Origin: an uncultured Ignavibacteria bacterium
Lineage (GTDB): Bacteria; Zixibacteria; MSB-5A5; UBA10806; 4484-95
Length of the DNA stretch: 41,950 bases
Assembly: GCA_964614835.1 (NCBI GenBank)
Contig: CAZTNJ010000004.1
Coordinates: forward strand, 1 to 41,950
Direction: 5' to 3'
The notes beneath the pieces are model-generated. The model had not been told where the DNA came from. It saw only the letters and a program-made list of their open reading frames with translations, and made no database searches. Positions 19,264 through 26,906 of this stretch are shown here, in pieces; position 1 is the first letter of the stretch; every line of letters begins with the position of its first letter. A program made the translations under genes and the position numbers.

Positions 19264-21360
19264 TTATTTAATTACTAAAAATTTCCCTTTTTGGATATCG
19301 CCGGTTACCTCATTTTTCACGGTAAATAGATAGAGGCCGGTAGCGATTGCCTGGTCGGCTTTAGAAACAACATCCCAGCCATGCACGCCGCCCGACATAA
19401 CCATATCACCGGAGGCGTAGTTGCTAAACCAGGCTATATCGGCGCCATTCCCGGAGGCGGCGTTGTGATCGATATTATCGACAACCTCGCCGGCCAGGGT
19501 ATATATCGTGATACGGCATTTTTCCGGAAGGTTATAGAAATACATTTTGCGCAAACGTTCCTTGGCTCCATCGGTACCGCGACCATCCCAGATGGCGTAA
19601 GCTCGGTAAGGATTGGGAAAAACCCCAACCTTGGCACTAGTTTGACTGGGGGTTCCCGGAAACACTCTTTGATAATTAATGAGGGCGCTTGATTCGAGGC
19701 TTTCCAGATTATTTAAAGGATCGCCGGTATCAAATGCGCTTATAGCAAACAGGTATTGCCAGCCGTTGAGCAAATTATCGCTGGTGAATTTATAATACAT
19801 CGTATCGCCATCAATAATAACCGGCTCCGGCAAAGTAACATACCCCAGGCCTGTGTTGTAACCGGTAGCGTGATATCCGGTATCAGCAGCTATATCAAAT
19901 TCGCCTATTAATTCCAATAGGTTTTTAAGGCCGCGATTTTGGTTATCCTGGGTAATTCGGGCTCGGTAAATGCGGTAGCCCTCGAAATCCTGACGGCCAA
20001 GTACCGGGTCGATAAAATTTTCGGCGAATTTATCCCAGTAGATTTCGACTTTGTTATCGGAGGCGACTAATTTCATCCCGGGTGCAGGCGGCGGCACGGG
20101 AAGCAAATAGCGGTCAAGAATACCGTTGTGGTTGGTATCTTCGTTTGGCTGGAGAATTCCATCGCCGTTCTTATCTTCGCCATCATAAGCGGTTTTGGCC
20201 CAATTGGCGAATTTCATCAGGTTGGTTTTGGATAATGGCGTGTCCTCGTTGGGCGAGTCGGCGCCATATTTTTCACCGCAGACCATAGCATAAACGACCT
20301 GCATGGTCGATTCGGGCATTAGAGTACGATATGGACCGGACGAGATAAGCATTGTCCAGTTAGAGGTGTTACGGATGCCGGGAATGGTATTTCGCCAGTC
20401 CGGATAGTCATTAAAGCCGCCGGAGAGTTTGGAATAACGTTCGATATCATTTTGAGGCGCGGAGAATATCGGATCGCTGCTATTATTCCACCGCCAAATA
20501 TTATACTTAACATAACCCGAGTCAGTGTATAGGAAACGACCCCCGCCGGTATCTCCAAACGCCGGGGTGCTTCCCAAAAATCTAATAGCGCTGTAGCTTT
20601 CGGCAAAGCCGTTGTCACCGTCGTAATCGAATTTATATCCCATAGCGCAACTATCTATAAAGTTACAGGCGTCATCATACCAGTTCCAGCTTCGGTTGGG
20701 GCCGCTGGTTGGGGTCAGGTCGGTATTGCCGATACTTGGTTCGAACCAGAAGCCGGTATAGATATTGGAAATCGGCGAATTACTCTTATTGGTTATATCG
20801 AAACGAATAATAACGAAAGCATCCGCGAATGGCATACTCCAGGCGTAGGTTTCCTGGTGGACCGCGATTTTGAACGGGTCATGGTTCAGGATTGAGTCGC
20901 CCACTCCCGGAACATGAGTGTTCGAATCGGAGTAATCGCAGATGAAATCCTGATGGCTAATCGCATAAGGATCATAGTAACGCGAATTAATCAGCGACGA
21001 TTTTTCGACTATGACATCGGTGGTCAATTCGCTGTTGGTGAATTCATATCCCTGGGTCGTACCGGAAGTGCCGGGATTTTTATCCATAGCGCCGGTGGTG
21101 ACTTTGCGCTGGCCGTTCTGTTCGCCGCCGAACCAGAGGCCGCCGAACCAGAGATGTTCGATATGCGAGCCGATAGGATATTCGCAAGATGGTTGCCCAT
21201 CTATAAAAAAGCCGGTGCCAAAAACACCGTAGTTCGTGACTGTCAACGAGATATTACCTATATTCGTATAGTGGCTGTTATCGTCGACAGCTGATGCCGG
21301 GTTCTGCCAGATGAGAACCGCCAGCAATACGCCAATGCTGAAACCAATTATTTTTTTAAT
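19264..21360 (-). CDS. secreted T9SS cargo protein of unknown function (FN3-like and Ca-binding-like segments); probable ATT start
   Basis: C-terminal 'FPNPYRAY...GLYLFTVKNEVTGDIQKGKFLVIK'. Internal 'GEDKNGDGILQPNEDTNHNGILD' and 'VEIYWD...FEGYRIYR'. The ORF track starts at TTG 21327. An in-frame ATT at 21360, 8 nt after GGAGG, gives a canonical signal peptide MKKIIGFSIGVLLAVLIWQNPASA. Confidence 0.65.
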   Translation of the reverse strand: MKKIIGFSIGVLLAVLIWQNPASAVDDNSHYTNIGNISLTVTNYGVFGTGFFIDGQPSCEYPIGSHIEHLWFGGLWFGGEQNGQRKVTTGAMDKNPGTSGTTQGYEFTNSELTTDVIVEKSSLINSRYYDPYAISHQDFICDYSDSNTHVPGVGDSILNHDPFKIAVHQETYAWSMPFADAFVIIRFDITNKSNSPISNIYTGFWFEPSIGNTDLTPTSGPNRSWNWYDDACNFIDSCAMGYKFDYDGDNGFAESYSAIRFLGSTPAFGDTGGGRFLYTDSGYVKYNIWRWNNSSDPIFSAPQNDIERYSKLSGGFNDYPDWRNTIPGIRNTSNWTMLISSGPYRTLMPESTMQVVYAMVCGEKYGADSPNEDTPLSKTNLMKFANWAKTAYDGEDKNGDGILQPNEDTNHNGILDRYLLPVPPPAPGMKLVASDNKVEIYWDKFAENFIDPVLGRQDFEGYRIYRARITQDNQNRGLKNLLELIGEFDIAADTGYHATGYNTGLGYVTLPEPVIIDGDTMYYKFTSDNLLNGWQYLFAISAFDTGDPLNNLESLESSALINYQRVFPGTPSQTSAKVGVFPNPYRAYAIWDGRGTDGAKERLRKMYFYNLPEKCRITIYTLAGEVVDNIDHNAASGNGADIAWFSNYASGDMVMSGGVHGWDVVSKADQAIATGLYLFTVKNEVTGDIQKGKFLVIK

Positions 21361-21483
21361 ACCCTTACCCTCCCGATCATTTTTATTGCGGCCATATAAA
21401 TAATCGAAATTAACATAATACGCAAGGATTTTCGCCGTTTATCGCTCTTTCTTACTCATTATCCATTAGTATTTTTAATAAAT

Positions 21484-21514
21484 GACGCCGGTCAGCCATC
21501 CGGCCAACCGGCGT
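21484..21514 (-). terminator. candidate terminator hairpin after the 1261-aa gene
   Basis: 8-bp GC-rich stem ACGCCGGT / ACCGGCGT with a 15-nt loop, followed on the minus strand by CATTTATTAAAAATA (imperfect U-tract). Confidence 0.45.
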
Positions 21515-21555
21515 ACACTCAAACGATAGACGTTATGTCTACCTAACAGTCAATT

Positions 21556-24500
21556 TTAGTGGTCCAAAGCCGAATTGTTACGAATTTCGCTTTGATCGAT
21601 CGGACGAAGTATCGGTGGCAGAGTGGTCGGGAACCAGTGGCAGCAGCTCAATTGAGCGTTGCCCTTGAAATAGGCGACCAATCTGGTGATATCGGAGCCT
21701 CTGAATTCGCAGTTGCCATTGCAATCGCCGGCGACATATAGATAAGTGCCGGTTGAATCCATGAAGCAGCTATCTCTGGGCGGTGTGCCTATGCCCTTGA
21801 AGTAGCGGACACCGTAAGTAACGTCGCCGCCAAGGCGCTGGCCATCGCCGCTGATATCGCCGATTAAGTAGACGCAATCACCGCCGCCACCACAATCGAG
21901 GCCGGTATTGAAATCGGCATCAGAACGGGGTTCTAATCTCCAGTAATTGAAATGCCATCTGAAAATACCGGTGATACCTATGATGGTATCGCCGACCACA
22001 GGATCAGTATAATGATGGTATCTGACTTTGGTAATCAAGCTGATAGTATCGCCGGAAGTCAGGGATACAAGCAGTTGGCAACTATCTGCTGGAGCTGGCA
22101 ATGAAGGATCGAGAACCACTAAGGAATCGCACAACTTGCTGAACACGTCTTCATATGTTTCGTTACCGGCAATAGGCTGTCTGAAATAGAAATCAGCCGT
22201 ATTTGAGCTTTTACGAGTAGGTTGCGGAGCCGGTCCGTGATTAACCAATACGGCATTGCGATAGGTCGAGAAATAACTCAATTCGGTTTCGCTATAGTAT
22301 TCGATCACCTGTCCGGTTACGATTACGGTATCGCCAATTACTGGCATCCAGCCTACCGCGGTACGAGTCCACGGGGCAAGTACGCAACCATGATTGGACG
22401 CGTCATTGATAATCAAGTTGTTATACAATGTGGAAGTTGTATCGGCTACTATTACGCCTTTAATTGTAACAATATCGCCAAGTATAGCCGATGTATCGCC
22501 GCCAGCGTTGGGGGCCTGAACGGTCGAAATTGGCGTGAATCCCTGCCAGATTCTGGTGCTATCCGGGGTAATCATGGTAACGCCAATTGAATCGGTAACG
22601 CCAACAACAATCAAGGTATCGCCGAGACCGTTGGTTTGAGTGGCCGTAGTTAAAATCACTCTTCTGCGGGTCGTATCAAGAACCGCGGCGGTAATGCTCA
22701 AGCCACGCGTAGTTGTATAATGTGATGGCGTTTCGGCGGAAGCCTGTTGCATGGCGCGGTCGAACTGCACTGCCAGATGATTCTGGTCAATCGGGAAGGC
22801 ATAGGTCATATTGGCTTGCGGCACGACCAGAGGAACGTAGTCAGAGCCTTTACGCGGCAAAAGCACATAGCTTCTTAAGTTAGGCCAAGTATTGCGCCCT
22901 TCAAACTTGATAACGCCGACAAGCGTAAGATAGCGCGCGCCTGTTGATGGCGGTATCGCCGGCTGGTCGGTACCATTTATCCACATGTAATTCTGCATGT
23001 AGATCGAATCGGTGGTGGAATTGTCTTTAATCCAATATGCGTTTGCCCCTAAAGCGCTCAACACAGTTACGCTGTCAATTTTTACGAGAACATTTTCGTA
23101 AGGTTCGGCGCCAAAATTACATCCGCCAACCAAATCAACGATACGGACATCGGTGGTTTCGGGAAGCGGATTGTTGGTGCTGCGAATAGTAAAGTCAATT
23201 AAGCTGTCGATTTCGGTCCAGCCCCAGTATTCTTTTACCCGGCCATTGAGCTCGACTTTATCGCCGATTGCGCCGTTAAAAGTATTTCCGCCGGCATCGA
23301 CATAGTCATATACCGTCATGCCAGTCCATCCGGCATAACCAGCGGAAGTTCTGGGATCCTGGAGATAGAAGTACTTAGTAGCACCTTGTTGCACCGCGGT
23401 TACGATACCGCAGATATTGACAATCTGGCCTTCGTATGGCGAGATGAAACAGGAAGAATCGGAGCCTTGATTTAAAGTATATTCAATATTGTAAATCGTA
23501 TCGGCCCCACAGAAAGAAGTATCGGGCACAACGAAGAAAGCCGTGGATGTTTGAGTGCGCTGGGCGATGTTGTCGGTGGCGACAACGTAATAGCTGACCG
23601 AATCGCCAATCGCATAAGAACCCATATGGAATTTATAAACATTGCCAGTGGCAATACTATCATGGGTAACGGCTGTAAAAGCGCCAGCGTTCAGCGCATA
23701 ATATAAGCTATCGGATACGATGGTACCGGAAGAAGAGGTTATTGTCGCGTGAAGCGTAACCACCTGGCCCGGGACCATGGGCGAAGGATAAACCAGTACA
23801 TTGGTGATACTTGGCGGCGCATAGCCCAAAACGACATCGGCGGAAACTCTCGGGCCGAGGACATATTGGCCTCTGGTGTAGTTAACTACGCCTTTAATGG
23901 AGGAGTAAGTTTGGCCTACGGTGATGGTGGGCATGTCGTAACCGTTGTTGTAAATGGTGGTCCAGATAGCGCAGGAATCGCCGGAACCATCATTACCCCA
24001 ATACGCATATAACGGGGAGCCCTGATATGATGTAACGGTGAAATTATGCAGTTCGGCATACATGCCCTCATACTGCTCTCTTACGGGGCTACAGCCAGTC
24101 GATCCAAGAGTGGCTGAAGTAATCTGCAAAGGAGGCGGTAGCGGCCTGCCGGCGGCATGTTTAACCATACCGGTAGGCGACATCATTTCAGTCAATCCAT
24201 AATATTCGGCAACGGAAACGTTGACGGTGATGCTATCGCCGATTTGAACCGTATCGCCTGTTGTGCCGCCGTAAACATAAACGCCGGACCAGACGCTGTC
24301 GGCATCCTGAAGCCAGAACCAGCCGTGACGGCCACTTTGTTGATAAACAGCCGTAACTTTGCCTGTCAGCTTAACAAGATTCCCGAGCAACGGCGATGGA
24401 TAACAGGTGTCCGGGGCGGTTCCGCCGGGGTTGGTGTTGTTAAATTGGACCTGGGCTATCGGAATAACCGGAGCATTGGTATCGACACAGGTGAAACCAT

Positions 24501-25341
24501 AAGTGCTGGAGGCGGTACGAGCGGAACTGTCATCTCTAGCGATAACATAATATTCGACCGAATCGTCAATTGAATATGAACCGAGAGTGTACCAATAGTA
24601 ACTGCCGACTACGCTATCGTGATAGACCGGAGCAAACGCACCTGGTACAATACGGCGATACAAACTATCTGTAACGATATTGTAATCGTCGGTTATGGTA
24701 GCCCTTGATGTAACAGTAGCGTTTTCAGGGACCAACGGGTAGGGATAGCGCAATACGGAAGAAATGACCGGGGGTTGATTGGTGGTCGGGACCGCTTCCC
24801 AAAGTACAAAATCATCAACATAAACTACTGCATCGCCATCCCAGCGGGCAGAGCCTTCGGAGTTACCACGGATTTCCATATTGAGCCAATAGGAACCAGC
24901 CGGGCAGGTGGCTTCCCAAATTAAAGCTTCCCAACCAGCGACATTACTGGAATACGGAATAGATGGAGTTGGGTTAATTCCGTTGGGGGCAAACCAAAAC
25001 CAGGGACGAGCCCTACCGCTTGTATCGCTATCATTAACCCATAAGGTGCAGGTATAAACCGCGCCAGGGGTAACGGCAATGGTATCGGAATAAAGTTTTG
25101 TCGTAGTAGTCGTATTCCAATAATACCTGGCGCTGTAGTTGCCAGTCCGAACAGTAGTACTGTCGGCCGTAACGGTTGGGTATGCCGTTCTATAGCCCCA
25201 ATGATCTGGCGGGCCATTGACGCCATTGATCGACCAATTCTCGAAACCGCCGTTCAGCAGTTTTTGAGTATCGGCCATGGCCGGCATGGCTAACAGGCAG
25301 ATTGCCAATCCGACCAGAGAAACTAACAACAATTTTTTCAT
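21556..25341 (-). CDS. 1261-aa secreted multidomain surface protein: CBM/jelly-roll-like N-domain, tandem Ig + OB-fold (YhcR/ExeM-like) units, SbsA-like Ig domain, C-terminal dockerin-like module
   Basis: Start set at ATG 25341 (MKKLLLVSL..., GGGAG upstream) rather than TTG 25353. N-domain 'LLNGGFENW...VYVDDFVLWE'. OB units such as 'IAQVQ...SPLLGNLVKLTGKVTAVYQQ...FWLQDA...SGVYVY...IGDSITVNVSVAEYYGLTEM'. C-terminal 'GDISGDGQRLGGDVTYGVRYFKG...GDCNGNCEFRGSDITRLVAYFKG'. Confidence 0.8.
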   Translation of the reverse strand: MKKLLLVSLVGLAICLLAMPAMADTQKLLNGGFENWSINGVNGPPDHWGYRTAYPTVTADSTTVRTGNYSARYYWNTTTTTKLYSDTIAVTPGAVYTCTLWVNDSDTSGRARPWFWFAPNGINPTPSIPYSSNVAGWEALIWEATCPAGSYWLNMEIRGNSEGSARWDGDAVVYVDDFVLWEAVPTTNQPPVISSVLRYPYPLVPENATVTSRATITDDYNIVTDSLYRRIVPGAFAPVYHDSVVGSYYWYTLGSYSIDDSVEYYVIARDDSSARTASSTYGFTCVDTNAPVIPIAQVQFNNTNPGGTAPDTCYPSPLLGNLVKLTGKVTAVYQQSGRHGWFWLQDADSVWSGVYVYGGTTGDTVQIGDSITVNVSVAEYYGLTEMMSPTGMVKHAAGRPLPPPLQITSATLGSTGCSPVREQYEGMYAELHNFTVTSYQGSPLYAYWGNDGSGDSCAIWTTIYNNGYDMPTITVGQTYSSIKGVVNYTRGQYVLGPRVSADVVLGYAPPSITNVLVYPSPMVPGQVVTLHATITSSSGTIVSDSLYYALNAGAFTAVTHDSIATGNVYKFHMGSYAIGDSVSYYVVATDNIAQRTQTSTAFFVVPDTSFCGADTIYNIEYTLNQGSDSSCFISPYEGQIVNICGIVTAVQQGATKYFYLQDPRTSAGYAGWTGMTVYDYVDAGGNTFNGAIGDKVELNGRVKEYWGWTEIDSLIDFTIRSTNNPLPETTDVRIVDLVGGCNFGAEPYENVLVKIDSVTVLSALGANAYWIKDNSTTDSIYMQNYMWINGTDQPAIPPSTGARYLTLVGVIKFEGRNTWPNLRSYVLLPRKGSDYVPLVVPQANMTYAFPIDQNHLAVQFDRAMQQASAETPSHYTTTRGLSITAAVLDTTRRRVILTTATQTNGLGDTLIVVGVTDSIGVTMITPDSTRIWQGFTPISTVQAPNAGGDTSAILGDIVTIKGVIVADTTSTLYNNLIINDASNHGCVLAPWTRTAVGWMPVIGDTVIVTGQVIEYYSETELSYFSTYRNAVLVNHGPAPQPTRKSSNTADFYFRQPIAGNETYEDVFSKLCDSLVVLDPSLPAPADSCQLLVSLTSGDTISLITKVRYHHYTDPVVGDTIIGITGIFRWHFNYWRLEPRSDADFNTGLDCGGGGDCVYLIGDISGDGQRLGGDVTYGVRYFKGIGTPPRDSCFMDSTGTYLYVAGDCNGNCEFRGSDITRLVAYFKGNAQLSCCHWFPTTLPPILRPIDQSEIRNNSALDH

Positions 25342-25603
25342 GATCTCCCTCAACTCGGTTGAGATGTTAAAAATTTCACGTTCATGGGTATGATGTTGTT
25401 TCGTATTATCACACTCCCTTCACGATTTCCCATTAAATTTCATTTACGAGTCTATTAGTAAGCTTTTGGGGACAAGAAGGACTTCAAGCCGAAAGTCAGA
25501 CTCATCATGGCAACCGTGTTACACTTATTATGCGCCCCTTTTCGGCAATTGTCCTGATTCCCGTTTAGTTTAACTTACAAGATTCGATTGCCGAGTCCCG
25601 GCT

Positions 25604-25680
25604 GTCCCCGAAACTTAGATTTTCGTTTTGTTTTTAGAAGTGATTCCTTATTAGTCTCCCGAATTATTGTCCCGAACTTA
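25604..25680. repeat. three direct copies of a GTCyCCGAA(n)TTA motif in the long upstream region of the 1261-aa gene
   Basis: GTCCCCGAAACTTA (25604-25617), GTCTCCCGAATTA (25654-25666) and GTCCCGAACTTA (25669-25680). A TGTCC core also occurs at 25550, 25706, 25838 and 25868. Confidence 0.5.
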
Positions 25681-25898
25681 CTTTGTTCTGGATTGTCAGT
25701 TTAGTTGTCCTAACGTGTAATTAAACATTCCTTTTAGGAAAAATAAAGCCAAATATTCAAGAACTATTCAAGTAATGTTAATAATAAATTTCCCGTCAAA
25801 CAACCGGCCAATGCCGGGCAGTCGCTAAAATTACAAATGTCCCTAAGAAGCGTTTCTGTTAACTTTATGTCCTAAAGCTAATTGCCGGAAGGCTCGGG

Positions 25899-26495
25899 TT
25901 ATTCCAGCAATTCGGCTATTAATTCCGCGGACTCGCTGGCCTGGTGTTTTAGCGAATCAAGTTCGATTAAGGGCATCTCCTCGACATGGTATTCGAGTCC
26001 CATACCTGCCAGTTTTAATTGCCCTTGAAGGGCTCGCTGGTAGAGATCAACGATTTCGGCTCTGTCGGTACGATGTTGTTCCCTTCTGATGCATTCCTCC
26101 AACGGGCATTTGATATAGACGACGCCAAAATTGGCAATCACCTCGCGCCCAAGTTTTCTTCCGGCGCCCTGCCCATCGACCGAATCGATAATCACGTTAA
26201 CGCCAAACTCATTTAAGTTATTGGCGTTAAAAATCGACGCGCGGTAGACAAATTCTCTTTCTTCCCGCGTAAAAGTGGGATTGGGAGTGAGAAATTGTCT
26301 TATTTCATCCAGGCGAAGATATTTATGTGTTATCGATTTGGCTCTAAGGATATTAATAAGCTCCTTAGAAATGGTGGTTTTCCCGGCACCGGAGAGGCCA
26401 GTAATCCATAATGTCCATGGCCGTTTTAGTTTAACCGCCTGGATATGCTTTGCCGCCGTATCCACCACATCTATAACTATATAAATTAATAGCAT
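25899..26495 (-). CDS. adenylylsulfate (APS) kinase-like P-loop kinase, divergent
   Basis: 'TLWITGLSGAGKTTIS' matches the CysC P-loop context. 'LRLDEIR' aligns to LDGDNVR, 'FTREEREFVYR' to FSxxDRxENIRR and 'LYQRALQG...GLEY..EEMP' to the C-terminal CysC pattern. The FISP motif is replaced. The start is uncertain: ATG 26495 was chosen, and the ORF-track extension to 26639 is AT-rich with no RBS. Confidence 0.55.
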   Translation of the reverse strand: MLLIYIVIDVVDTAAKHIQAVKLKRPWTLWITGLSGAGKTTISKELINILRAKSITHKYLRLDEIRQFLTPNPTFTREEREFVYRASIFNANNLNEFGVNVIIDSVDGQGAGRKLGREVIANFGVVYIKCPLEECIRREQHRTDRAEIVDLYQRALQGQLKLAGMGLEYHVEEMPLIELDSLKHQASESAELIAELLE

Positions 26496-26730
26496 ACTGT
26501 CAAGGAAATTAAGTCTAAATCGAATGTTTTTTGAATAGATCACGGTTATATATCCATTAAAGTTGGTCGGGTCGATATATTTTATAGGTTTTGAGTGACG
26601 TATTTTAAGGATAGGGGCGCGGGATTTGTTTTTTTTCATTAATGCCGATACAATTATAGAGCGAAATTTACTGGATTTTTTTAAAACATGATAGTATGTT
26701 GGCCATTACCCAAAAAAACGGATCGCGGCG

Positions 26731-26739
26731 TGGTATAAT
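26731..26739 (+). promoter_or_regulatory. candidate extended -10 promoter element TGGTATAAT
   Basis: Exact TGnTATAAT match about 170 nt upstream of ATG 26907. There is no good -35. Confidence 0.35.
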
Positions 26740-26906
26740 CAAATCCGGGATTTTTGGCGTTATGTAATTGGCAATTTTGCCATGAGGATGAGGAACATTA
26801 TTACAGTTAATTCGATAAAATTAACGAGAGTCGCCGACCTGAAAAATGCAAAAGGTTGTACAATGGGTTATTGGCGCGGGAGATTTGAAAGAAGCCAAGG
26901 AGTCTT

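Noticed and set aside
25342-25353. TTG start (25353) given by the ORF track for the giant gene.
   Set aside because: The TTG-initiated codons contain the GGGAG Shine-Dalgarno site itself. ATG 25341 follows it at proper spacing and begins a canonical MKKLLL signal peptide.
26496-26639. 48-aa N-terminal extension of the APS-kinase-like ORF.
   Set aside because: It is AT-rich and low in complexity, has no RBS, and has no counterpart in CysC-type kinases, where the P-loop lies about 25-35 aa from the N-terminus. The true start remains uncertain.
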